From Octopus bimaculoides (taxonomy: Eukaryota): 64,000 bases of DNA. A model generated the notes under the pieces. The model searched no databases, was not told the origin of the DNA, and saw only the letters and a program-made list of their open reading frames with translations. Positions 1 to 11,838 of the stretch are shown one piece after another. The stretch's first letter is position 1. Every line of letters starts with the position of its first letter. Location of the stretch: assembly GCF_001194135.2 (NCBI RefSeq), contig NC_068990.1, positions 70,545,550 through 70,609,549 of the forward strand, given 5' to 3'. A program made the position numbers and the translations under genes.

Positions 1-287
1 TTTAAAAAATAAATAAAAAAAAAAAGAAAAAAAAAGGATACTTTCATGCTAGAAAGGGTTTTAATCAAAGAAATTTTAATTCTATTATTCTGTAAAATAA
101 TATTTAATTAGTTTAAATGTACACAAATGCATAAAAATCATTTTTAATTCCATTAGACATTCTAAAATACTATTAAATTTCATTCAATTTTAGAAAAGGT
201 AAAATCGGACAGAACTTATGGGATTACCTGATATATATAGATGTATGTGAGTATACGTCTATATGTATATATATGCATGTATGCTTG

Positions 288-334
<47 letters not shown>

Positions 335-774
335 CCACACACCATGTCAGTTATATATAAGATATCACATTAGAATATTAAAAAGCATCCTAGTCAGTAC
401 TTAACAGTCAAGTGTCGTGTTCAAATATACACACACACAACAATGTTAAAACTATTCAGTGCAAATTGAATATCAAAATGTCTGTCTTATCCTTTATACT
501 GCTAAAAGATCACAGTCTTTGTAAAGCACTGCTAAAAGTTCAGTCTTTGTATAGCATCTAGCTACACCTTTTGTAAATTTTATATGATAATCCTTTTAAG
601 ACAGTTACCGTCTATACATAAAACTTACATCATTCCTTGTGATTAAAAGCTCCAGAGGAATGTTAAAATAGCAAAACCTATTTATATAGCACTTATATTT
701 CTGTCTCCAATGCATAGCTGGATTTGAAACATCTCCCTGATAGTTTAATCATATTCCTGAACATTGTTTAATTT

Positions 775-1173
775 TGGTTTCAAATTTTGGCACTGGGCCA
801 GTATGTTTAGGCGAGGGGTTACGTCAATTAGATCTGCACCGGTGTTCAGCTGGTACTTATTTTATGAGCCCTAAAAGGATGAAAGGCAAAGTTGACCCCA
901 GCTGCATTTGAACTCAAAACATAAAGGTAGACGAAATGTTTATTTCTTTACTGCCCACAAGGGGGCTAAACATAGAGGGGACAAACAAGGACAGACAAAC
1001 GGATTAAGTCGATTACATCGACTCCAGTGCGTAACTGGTACTTATTTAATCGACCCCAAAAGGATGAAAGGCAAAGTCGACCTCGGCGGAATTTGAACTC
1101 AGAACGTAGCGGCAGACGAAATGCTGCTAAGCATTTTGCCTGGCATGCTTATGATTCTGCCAGCTCACTGCCT
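775..1173 (-). mobile_element. Two adjacent or nested tRNA-type octopus SINE copies
   Basis: The core ggatgaaaggcaaagt(t/c)gacc...atttgaactca occurs twice; the younger copy (950-1173) matches the reverse complement of the copy at 11839-12072. Confidence 0.8.
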
Positions 1174-1917
1174 TAACAATGTTTAATATTTAAAACAAAG
1201 ATTAGGGAAGTAATTTGGCAGAATTGTTTGCATGCCATACAGAATGCTTAGTGGCATTTCATTTGCCCTTATGTTCTGAGTTCAAATTCAGTCAAAGTCA
1301 ACTTTGCCTTTAATCTTTATGGGGTCAATAAAGTAAGTACCAATTGGACACTGGGTTGATGCAATCAACCTACCCCTCCTTGAAATTGCTGACCTTTTGC
1401 CAAAATTTGAAACCAATATTAAAACAAAGACTGTATATTAACTACTGTCTTGCTGTCAGCTAATCTGTGTGTGTATCTGTGAGCATTTAAAATTATGAGA
1501 ATGCCATTAAATGTTCCTATGTATGTGTGTGTATTTTTTTAATTTTTGTTACGTGTATCAGACATTAGACTGCAGCCACACTGGAACACTTCTTTGAAGA
1601 ATTTTTTGTCAAATGAGTTGACCCTAGTACTTTTTTTAAAGCCTGATACTTATTCTATTGAGCTCTCTTGCCAAATCACTAAGTTACAGGGACATAAGCA
1701 CACCAACATAAGTTGTCAAACAGTGGTAGAAGACATGCTCAGTTATGTGTGTGTGTGTGTGTGTGTATTATTATTATGACAGGAATCTTTCGGTTTCTGT
1801 CTATCAAATCCACTCACAGGGCTTTGGTTGGTCCGTGGCTATAGTAGACACTCACCCAAGGTGCCATGCAGTAGAACTGAACCTGGAATCATGTGGTTGA
1901 TGACACACTATCTGTAA

Positions 1918-2380
1918 TGTATATTCCTACTCTCCAGGAATACAAAAGCAATCATTGTGGTCAAACTCACAGTGCCCTGGGAGGATAGACTTGATATTTC
2001 CCATCAGGTAAAGAATTCAAAATATCAGGATTTGGTCGATGCAGCCCTTGTCAAACACTGGCATGTGGCCTCATTCCCCACTGAAGTCAACTCTCATGGC
2101 TTTCTATCTAGATCCATGTCCTATTTCCTGCTGAAGATAGGCCTGGGACCCAAACAACTGAAGAAAGCCACCAAGGACATAGGCAACTGAAACTAGCTCA
2201 AGATGGTTATGGTTGATAAGAGACTGCAAGTGGAATTCTTCTGTAGATGAAGACTAGCTCAGTACTTGCTGCCCCACTTTGGTAAAGTATAAAGGCTAAG
2301 GGGTGATATGCTTGTGACCCTGAGATGCCTGCTGATGATGCAGAAGTGTTTCCAGCATTGCATTGGATTTAGATAGCTTG
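1918..2380 (+). mobile_element. 3' fragment of an R2/HERO-type non-LTR retrotransposon (REL endonuclease and 3' UTR)
   Basis: IIVVKLTVPWEDRLDISHQVKNSKYQDLVD...FPTEVNSHGF...SSRWLW matches the ELTVPWE...K.KY...EVG.RGF...SRWLW signature. Confidence 0.8.
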
Positions 2381-3561
2381 CAAAACCTCCGAGTGGCTCC
2401 TGCAGTTTTTGCAAGAGGCATAGCATCTCTGATGTTTATTTCACCTCTGTGTGTGTGTGTATGTGTGTGTGTATAATCTTTACATATAACATGTGTGTGT
2501 GTGTATCATCATTATTTTAACATCTGTTTTCCATGCAGGCATGGGTTGGATAGCAAAACAGGAGCTGGCAAGGCCAAGGGCCATAACAGGTTCCATAGTC
2601 TGTTTTTGGCTTGGTTTCTGTAATTCTGTAATTTAGCAGTTGACAATATGAAATTGATGATGTAAACACTAGCTTGAAATAAGCGCAGGGGTCAATATGA
2701 TCAACTAAATAAAGCAGTGCTCCATCATGACTTTAAATAAATGATGGAAACCACTAAAAAGGAAGAAAAGTGTATTCTTTGCTTTTGTTTTTAGTATCAT
2801 ACTTCTGGATATAAAACAGTCTGTGATATATGAGAGGAATATATTAACAATGGGATATTGGTGAAGTGCAAGGGCATAGGATAATATAGTCCTTGATTAA
2901 AAAAATAATGATCATAGTGTAGTGCAGCACTTTGATCATGGTCAACTGGATGAAGGGATTGTTTAAAATCAACATGACCTGTGACAAAGAAATAATGTAT
3001 GATGACATATATACTCTATTATAATCTAATATATAGAGACAAACTGTATCAGTTATACATACAATATAACAGTATCATGGTAAAAACTGTACAAGTCAGT
3101 AAGTATGTAATTGATAAGATTCAGTGACTATTTCATAAGATAGTCTAAGAGACACTTCCATGAGACACTTCCATTTGAACCATATTTACTATATTCTAAA
3201 TTGGAATAACTGAACTGTAAATAAATAAACCATTCAGGTTTGGTCACATTGTCTGAGTAGTAATGTTCTTTCATTGATTTATTGATTTTCTGATAGCCAA
3301 AAGGAGAGGTGAAGTTATTGTGTACAAGGAGAGAGGGCAGTTTTATTGAAAGTAGAGATACCAGAGAGGTGAAGTTGTTGGATATAAGGAGAGAGGGCAA
3401 TACTGCTGAACCCACAGTTCATGAATTCAAATTTCTCTTGGCGTTGCTAACTGAATTGCCATCTCTTATTCCCTGCTTACACACTCTGTGCTACACACTG
3501 TATGATTATTTTCACAACTAGTCAGTCTTTTACTTTATCCTCTCATAATGGATCTCCTTTG

Positions 3562-3595
<34 letters not shown>

Positions 3596-4074
3596 TTCTC
3601 TTTTCAGTTGTTTGATTAATATTTGAGTATCTTGTAGAGCAGAAAACTGTCTCTATGTTCTGAGTTCAAATACTGTCAAAATCAATTTTCCCTTTCATCC
3701 TTTCAGGGTTGAAAAAATAAGTGTCAGTTGAGTACTGGGGCCGATGTAATCAACTTATCCCCTTCCCCAAAATTGCAGGCTTTGTGCCAATATTTGGAGC
3801 CAGCATTTCAGAATCTTGTAGGGTGGTGAGCTGGCAGAATTGTTAGCATACTGGTTAAAATGCTTAGCAGCATTTCGTCTGTCTTTTGAGTTCAAATGCT
3901 GTTGGGGTTGACTTTCCTTTCATCCTTGCAAGGTCAATAAAATAAGTACCAGTTGAACATTAGGGTCAATGTCATCAACTTAGTCTCTCCTCTGAAGTTG
4001 CTGGCCTTGTGCCAAAACTTGAAACCAATACATCAGTATCTTCTTCTTTTACTTTGCTTCTGGTCTTCAGAAGT

Positions 4075-4118
<44 letters not shown>

Positions 4119-6640
4119 TGTTTAACATCCGTTTTCCATGCTGGCATGGGTTGAATGGTTTGACTGGGGACTGGCAAGCCAGGAGGCCACACCAGGATCC
4201 AATCTGATCTAGCAGTGTTTCTACAGCTGGATTCCCTTCCTAACAGCAACCACTCTGAGAGTGTAATGGGTGCTTTTTATGTGTCATTGGCACGGAGATC
4301 CAGTCAGGCGGCACTGGCAACAACCCACGCAGGCATGGTGCTTATTGCGTGCCACCAGCACGAGAGCCAGTCAGGTGACACTGGCATCAGCCACAACTGC
4401 AATTTCATATGATTGTGATTTGATTTGATTTTGTTTTTGATTTTGATTTTACTTGACTCAATAGATCTCCTCAAGCATGGAATGTCGCCCGATTCAAAGG
4501 AACCTTTTAAATAGGCTGGTTATCCAACACTGGTGTAGACTACAGCTGTGATCTCACTTTACTTGCCAGGTCTTCTCAATCACAGCATACTCCAGTGGTC
4601 TCGGTCTTTCATCATTGCCTCTGTGAGGCCCAACGTTCAAAAGTCATGCTTCACCACCTCATTCCATGGTTCCTTCCACTGTTAGGGAGTGACACTTCTT
4701 CACACAGCTCCCCTCATCCATATGCAGCACATGACTATATCAGCACAGTCGTCTCTCTTGCACTCCACATCCCAATGCTTCTTATGTCCAACATTCCTCT
4801 CAGGGCACTTACACTCTGTCGTGTGTGCACACTGACATTACACATCCAGCGGATCATACTAGCTTCATTCTTTCAAGCCTATGCATGTCTTCAGAAGTCA
4901 TGGCCCATGTTTCACTGCCATGTAGCATGGCAGTTTGCACACATGCATCATGCAATCTACCTTTCACTCTGAGCGAGAGGCCCTTTGCTACCAGTAGAGG
5001 TAGGAGGTTTCTGAACTTTGCTCAGGTTATTCTTATTCTAGTGGCAATGCTCTCCAAGCATCTCCCTCCATTACAGACTTGGTCACCTAGGTAGTGGAAG
5101 CTATCAACTATTTCTAGTTTCTCCTCCTGGTATGTGATGGAATCAATTTTCTGAGCATCTGTGGTGTTTATTGCCCCTGTGCATCTGCTGCACACAAAAT
5201 CTATCTTCCTGGTTAACCTTCCTTTGATGTTGCTGCACCTCTTATGCACCCATAGCTTACACTGGGTACATCTTATGGAGTTTCTACCCACACCTTTTCT
5301 ACAGATTGAGCAGAGTCACCTACCTGAAAGAGGTTTGTGATGTGTTCGCCTTCCTACTTACTAGGATTTGGTTTTTGCAACATTGACTCTAAGGCCCTTC
5401 GATTCTAAACCTTGCGTCCACACCTGAAATTTCTTCTCTAGTTCTGGCAGTGATTTTGCTATGAGAGCAAGGTCATCAGCATAGAGGAGCTCCCAGGGGA
5501 AACCTGTCTTGAATTCTTCTGTTATTACCTGGAGGACTATGACGAATAAAAGGGGACTGAGGGCTGATTCTTGGTGAACCCCTACTTCTACCTGGAATTC
5601 TTCACTATACTCATTGCTGACCCTTACCTTACTAACAGCATCCCTGTACAGCTCTTATTAACCACTCGTCTATCCCCAGTTTCCGCACTGACCACCAGAT
5701 AAGGGATCAGGGGACAGTGTCAAAGGTGTTGTCCAAGTCAAGAAAAGCTAAGTATAGGGGTTTATCTTTGGCTAGGTATTTCTCCTGCAGTTGCCGTACC
5801 AGGAATATAGCATCAGTGGTGCTTCTACCTGGCACAAAACTGAACTGCATCTCATCTAAGCAGACTCTCTCCCTAATTAGTTGGGTTATGACCCTCTCCG
5901 TGACCTTCATCATCTGATCCAGCAGTTTGATACCCCTGTAGTCATTTCTATCTAAAGCATCACCTTTACCCTTGTAGCAGTTGACTATAGTGTTGCTATG
6001 CCAGTCATTAGGTATGACTCCATCATGAACTACCTGGTTTACAATATGTGTGACTAGGCCATAACCCACAACACCAGAAGTTTGAAGCATCTCATCAATG
6101 ATGCCTGATGGGCTGGGGGATTTTCCTGACTTCATATCCTTAATTGCTTTATCTATTCGGGTAGCTGGACCCTCTATTGTGTCAACATTTGGCAGACTCT
6201 CCTCCTCCCATTCATTCTCCACATTCAGTAGCCTTTCATAATGGCTTCTCCAAGCCTTTTTTCTTTGCAGAATCAGTAAAAGCAAGTGCACCATCATCCA
6301 TGCAGACACATTTCTCTCCTGTGACATTACAATTTTCTCTCACACACCGTCTTCAAATCTGAAATACCTCAGTTCTTTGGTCCTCACATTGCTGAACATT
6401 GGCAAACTAATTCTTTTCTTCTTCTCCCTTGGCTAGATATGCCTGTCTCCCAGCCTCCCTTCTGGCTATCTGGTACAGTCCCTTGCTACTCCCACTCTTC
6501 CAGGCTTTCCAGGCTTGTTTCTTTGCTTTAATGGCCTTGTCTACTGTATTATTCCACCACCACATTACTCTAGGTCTGGACGGGACTTTGCGCCAAATTT
6601 CTTTTTTCACGATGAAACACACCAGCAATTAGAATATTCA
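4075..6640 (-). mobile_element. RTE-clade LINE, 5'-truncated and decayed
   Basis: RT motifs YRGIKLL, DEMQFSFVPGRSTTDAIF, LLYADDL; internal zinc-knuckle CTQCKLWVHKRCS; (CAT)n tail at 4075-4117. Confidence 0.95.
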
Positions 6641-7103
6641 TATTCAAATCTACCAAGACATATTAAGAATAAATATACACATCATCATTTTGATTTTCAT
6701 GTTCATACACATAGCAATTTTTTATGTATCAAACTATACTTCTATAGAATCGGTTGTTTTTACTTCCAGTTCTTCAGCCTCATCTCCCCAACAAACAAGA
6801 TTCATCACACACATACAGGCATACATGAAAGTAATATGGCAGGAAATTGGCATTTTTGCAGAGATATAATCCTATACCATGTCATCTACTAAAGAAACCT
6901 TACAGTGTATAGAATTTAGCACGCTAGACAAAATACTTAGCAGCATTTCACCATTTTCAAATTCTACTAAGGTCAACTTTGCTTTCCTCTTTTTGGAGTC
7001 AATAACGTAAGTACCAGTTACACACTGGGGTTGGTGTAATCAACTAGACCCCCCCCCCCAAATTTCTGGCCTTGTGCTTTTACTACAAAGGAATATTATT
7101 TTT

Positions 7104-7557
7104 AGCTATATTAAATCTTTGAGCGAGATATGAACAATAGCAGTATGGAATTGTAACATATAATTGCCAACCAAGTGTGGCGTCCTATACAGGACAGTGC
7201 TACTGATGTTTATAGCCCCAGAAAGACATCTCTTCCAGCTGGCTAACAACACCCATTCTGTGTCCGATTAGTGTTTGTGAGGGGAGGTCATCGCTCCCAT
7301 CTCTAGCCTTATATGATACGCACGGACTTGAGTTTCTGGGTGGTTACCCTTCCTCAGCATGTGCTAATCACAAGCTAGTGATGAAAACTCATTCCACTCG
7401 CAAAATTCTCTATGCTTTTTCCAGTGACAAGCTGTTGCTGAACTCGAAAAAGGAGAAATAAGCTATATTAAATCTCTGAGTGAGATATAAACAGTAGCAG
7501 TACAGAATCGTAACATATAATTACCGACCAAGTGTGGCATCCTATACAGGACAGTGC

Positions 7558-7559
<2 letters not shown>
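7104..7559 (-). mobile_element. Retrozyme-like or Penelope pseudo-LTR non-autonomous element (357-nt unit, about 1.3 copies)
   Basis: 99-bp direct repeats at 7104-7202 and 7461-7559 (10 mismatches, all transitions), no meaningful ORF, internal hammerhead, flanked by ATT repeats. Confidence 0.65.
7303..7378 (-). ncRNA. Type I hammerhead ribozyme motif with minimal stem III
   Basis: - strand reads ctagcttgtgattagcacatg-CUGAGGA-a-GGGU-aacc-ACCC-a-GAAA-c-ucaa-GUC-cgtgcgtatcatataaggctag. Core boxes are in the correct order, stem II is 4 bp, the cleavage triplet is GUC, and stem I is extended and closed by ctagc/gctag. Confidence 0.8.
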
Positions 7560-7624
<65 letters not shown>

Positions 7625-8916
7625 ATAAGCCAGCAAGCTGGCAAAAGCATTAGCATGTTGGACAAAACTGTTTCACAGTATTTTTCTTGCTCTTTATGGT
7701 CTGAGTTCAGATTCTGCTGAGGTCAACTTTGCCTTTCATCTTTTCAGGGTAGATAAAATAAGTACCAGTTGAACACTAGAGTTGATGAAATTGACTAGCC
7801 CCCTCCCCATAAATTTCAAACCTTGTGCCTGTAGTAGGAAGGATCTCATTTTAAAAAGTAGTTTTACTTTATTTCATTGTCATCATAAACAAGAAAAACA
7901 TCTCATGCTTTTCACATCATTACTATTCGGTAATGTTCTTTATATCTATTTTGGTACCACTCTGCAGTGAGGTAGCAAGAGTTCTCGGTGTCAGGGGGAG
8001 GAGGGAGAGCAGGAGGGTAAATACACTTCTGGTTCTTCCCCTCCTTCTCCTTAATTAACAGGCACCCCTTCAAACCTGCATGTGAGGTGACATGCCTGCC
8101 CCATTTCTCCCCTCTCTTGCTATCCTTCTGGTCAGGGTCAATTTATTTTTAGTCCCACTAACTGTGTATAGCTTTAGCGTTTCAATGTAAAGCCATTGTT
8201 GTTTTGTGAACTAAAATAAGCAACACCAGTGTGAGTGTGGAGATTAGTTTTAAACAAATTACAACTCACAAACATGTCTGCCTTGGGCTTCTGAAATCTA
8301 ATCACTTGACCTCAGATCCAGGGAACACCTAACCTGTCTAACTTTCAGATGAATATTACTTTAAAACTCCTAAGTGTATTATACTTTTAGCTCTTTTGTT
8401 ACCATATTTCACCTGAAATAGACTGATTGCGTTTCAATTAATTTAAAAAATAATGAAGACTTTAGTGTATAACTTTTGTTATTATTAAGCTGATGTTTCA
8501 AACATAAATTAACATGAAATTATGATGGCAGGTTTTAACTTAGGTCTCTTTAAAACCGGAAGTTTGTATCATGGAGCCAGAGTTGTTCTCATTTTGATTA
8601 TTATGAAAAGGATTAGAGTCAGCTGTCCTCGAGCAGTGGTTTTATTTTTCTCTTCTTTTTAACCTTTTTACAGTTACAATTTAGTAACATATTAGAATTA
8701 GTTATTAAATTACTACTATGCTGTAGGCTCTTTTTATCTCCTGTAAACTGAGTAATTTCCTGAAAATTGAGAATATCATTTTACCTTTTATATACTAAGT
8801 CCAGCTGAATTACATAATTTAACCTTAGCCTTGAGGTTGTATTATAAGCCTTTTACATTTGGTTTTACTAACACTTTGTCTCCTTTAACAGTTTTAAATT
8901 TAATGCCCTTTTATAG

Positions 8917-8948
<32 letters not shown>

Positions 8949-9451
8949 NNNNNNNNNNNNNNNNNNNNNNNNNNNNNNNNNNNNNNNNNNNNNNNNNNNN
9001 NNNNNNNNNNNNNNNNNNNNNNNNNNNNNNNNNNNNNNNNNNNNNNNNNNNNNNNNNNNNNNNNNNNNNNNNNNNNNNNNNNNNNNNNNNNNNNNNNNNN
9101 NNNNNNNNNNNNNNNNNNNNNNNNNNNNNNNNNNNNNNNNNNNNNNNNNNNNNNNNNNNNNNNNNNNNNNNNNNNNNNNNNNNNNNNNNNNNNNNNNNNN
9201 NNNNNNNNNNNNNNNNNNNNNNNNNNNNNNNNNNNNNNNNNNNNNNNNNNNNNNNNNNNNNNNNNNNNNNNNNNNNNNNNNNNNNNNNNNNNNNNNNNNN
9301 NNNNNNNNNNNNNNNNNNNNNNNNNNNNNNNNNNNNNNNNNNNNNNNNNNNNNNNNNNNNNNNNNNNNNNNNNNNNNNNNNNNNNNNNNNNNNNNNNNNN
9401 NNNNNNNNNNNNNNNNNNNNNNNNNNNNNNNNNNNNNNNNNNNNNNNNNNN
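8949..9451. other. Assembly gap (503 N)
   Basis: N run; other gaps at 13081-13167, 33141-33195, 42998-43633 and 47504-47513. Confidence 1.
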
Positions 9452-9766
9452 TATATATCATTATTTGTTTTTTAATCACCAAAAGCAACAAAATGGGTTA
9501 AAGTCTGTGAGTTTCTAAAACTCTAGTTCCTTGAGTTCCATTTCAATTTATACCAATTAAGAATAAAATACTTCTACTCATGTTTTAAAGTTCTATTTAT
9601 TTCATTTGTTGTCCCAAACACACACACACATATGTATGTATGTATCTAACTATCTAATTGTGTATATATATATAAATATAACAGAAACACAGCAAATAGA
9701 AAATTTTACAAAAACATAACAAACAGAAAATTCGTAGCTTATTCCTCTTCAATGTCCAAAAGATCA

Positions 9767-9863
9767 TTATAATTTCGTGCCTTTAACGTTGATATTGTTC
9801 ACTCTTGGTGGTGCCAGTGGCGAAAAGCCACTGGGAATAGCTAATGAATGTTCAGGACAATGA
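9767..9863 (-). CDS. Candidate terminal coding exon of an unidentified - strand gene: (S)HCPEHSLAIPSGFSPLAPPRVNNINVKGTKL*
   Basis: Acceptor tgtttgttttag|, open frame to TAA in non-repetitive sequence; ends in -TKL, which resembles a PDZ ligand. Confidence 0.55.
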
Positions 9864-10140
9864 CTAAAACAAACACAACAAAATAAAACATACATACACA
9901 ACAAAAAAGCTATGTGGCCACAAGACATACAGATATGGGGGAACACAAAGGAAAATGAAAATGTCCTATAGGACTGGAGATGAGAGAAGGGCAGATAGAA
10001 AGTCAGAAGAAAGAAGTAAAGTATTGGGAGGGGGAGAGAAAGAAAGTGAGAGGAAGACAGAGGTGAGGCAAAAAAAAAAAAAAGAGAAAGAGACAGAAAT
10101 ACATGTCACACAAAAAATATTCAAAGAATATTTTAGAAAT

Positions 10141-10558
10141 GGCATGGGAGTGGCTGTATGGTAAGTAGCTTGCTTACGAACCACATGGTTCTGGGTTCAG
10201 TCCCACTGCGTGGCACCTTGGGCAAGTGTCTTCTACTATAGCCTCGGGCCGACCGAAGCCTTGTGAGTGGATTTGGTAGACGGAAACTGAAAGAAGCCCG
10301 TCGTATATATGTATATGTATGTGTGTGTGTCTGTGTTTGTCCCCCCAACATCGCTTGACAACCGATGCTGGTGAGTTTACGTCCCCGTAACTTAGCAGTT
10401 CGGCAAAAGCAACCGATAGAATAAGTACTAGGCTTACAAAGAATAAGTCCTGGGGTTGATTTGCACAACTAAAGGCAGTGCTCCAGCATGGCCACAGTCA
10501 AATGACTGAAACAAGTAAAAGAGTAAAAAGAGTAAAAGAGAGTAAATGAGTAAAAGAA
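10141..10558 (+). mobile_element. tRNA-headed SINE (second family) with internal (TA/TG)n and (GAGTAAAA)n tail
   Basis: Head ggttctgggttcagtcccactgcgtggcaccttgggcaagtgtc; related copies near 37480, 47260, 48010 and 61410. Confidence 0.8.
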
Positions 10559-10852
10559 TCGGAAGTGTGTATTGTCTATATATATATATGATCTTAGAAT
10601 AACAACTCAGAGTAGCCAGTTGAAGGAATTTGGACAAAAAAGACAAATAAAGCCATGCTAAATGCCATACAAGATAATTTCTTCTTTTATTGATACTATC
10701 TTGGAGAGAAAGTAAACAAATGCTTTGTGGCAATAGGAGAGAGAGATAATCTCAAGGAAGCAACAGTCAATCTCCTAAATTAACATGTCATTAAGGAAAA
10801 GGCAATCTGTTTTTATCTGAACTCAAGGGTATAGCTGTAAGCACGTTTCTAC

Positions 10853-10897
10853 CTCAGTGGGCATCATCTGCCCCCTTGTCTCCAGCCAGGTCTATGA
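10853..10897 (-). CDS. Candidate 45-nt exon (S)HRPGWRQGGR-TGA-CPL(S), phase 2 to 2
   Basis: Acceptor cttctttatgtctcag|, donor ag|gtagaa; TGA at 10864-10866; all three frames contain a stop. Confidence 0.45.
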
Positions 10898-11000
10898 CTG
10901 AGACATAAAGAAGCATAAATTGCTTGATTCAAACAAAAATGACCCAAGAGAAATAACATAGAGTAACCAGTAGCATGAATATTTGAACAATATGTATGTG

Positions 11001-11038
<38 letters not shown>

Positions 11039-11536
11039 CATACATACACACAGACACACATACATACATACATACATACACACACAAGTGAGCACATAAG
11101 TGCAAAACAAGGTGGAAAAACTAGTACTTGAATACCAAAGGTAGAGTAATATGCTTTTTATTAAAGCTGAAAAGATCTTTACAAACTGTTACTCAGATTT
11201 TTACATTACTGTTTTTTTTGAGATTTGTGATCATATATATACACACTCATGCACGTACATACACACATACATTCTACATATATACATACCTGTCTATCTA
11301 TCTTATCTAGTTCTCTTTAATTTAAATCTTTTCTGAAAGAACTGCACAAAACTGTACTGTTTTCCTGGTATCTCTAAAGTCTAATATTGACACCTAAGTA
11401 ATCCTTTCTCCATTTTAATTCATTAAACTATTCCTGTGTTGCTTCTAACAAGATTAACTAAAAACATTATTCAGAGATAGATTGCCATTAATCCATGTCA
11501 TTATAATGACATTAGCACCAAATGATAGGCATTTAC

Positions 11537-11547
11537 CTCCACAACAC
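11537..11547 (-). CDS. Candidate 11-nt microexon VLW(S)
   Basis: ttgttaatcag|gtgttgtggag|gtaaat, phase 0 to 2. Confidence 0.45.
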
Positions 11548-11766
11548 CTGATTAACAACTAACAGACAAGAAAAGTATATGTTTATATAAATACACTACA
11601 TAGTTTACAAGCTCTCTTATTCACTGTTCTGTGGCCAAGCCTTATGGTTTTTTGCCAAGAGGATCTCTTCTACTATCCTTGAAGATAGCTTTTAACCATT
11701 ATTACTAAGCCAAGATGTTTGTAGCACTCCCACCCATGAAGTCACTGTATTTGTTGCCTGCTTTAC

Positions 11767-11779
11767 TTCATAGGCCAGA
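11767..11779 (-). CDS. Candidate 13-nt microexon (C)LAYE
   Basis: gtgtacag|tctggcctatgaa|gtaaag, phase 2 to 0. Confidence 0.4.
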
Positions 11780-11796
11780 CTGTACACACACATGCG

Positions 11797-11828
<32 letters not shown>

Positions 11829-11838
11829 TATGTTAGTG

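Noticed and set aside
629-677. - strand exon-like segment FCYFNIPLELLITRND with a gtaagt donor
   Set aside because: Isolated, weak acceptor, no recognisable homology, and it cannot be linked to other exons.
2795-2860. + strand acceptor followed by IILLDIKQSVIYERNILTMGYW
   Set aside because: No similarity to UBA6 and no partner exons.
7468-7720. Poly-Ile, His-Thr, Cys-Val and Tyr-Ile ORFs here and throughout
   Set aside because: Translations of (ATT)n, (CA)n and (TA)n microsatellites.
8831-9491. Long ORFs spanning N runs (also 42861-43687 and 48427-49368)
   Set aside because: Artefacts of translating assembly gaps.
8560-9766. SECIS element for the UGA at 10864-10866
   Set aside because: Three AUGA candidates on the - strand lack a well-paired helix II with correctly spaced AA and a 3' GA quartet. 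The 503-N gap could not be examined.
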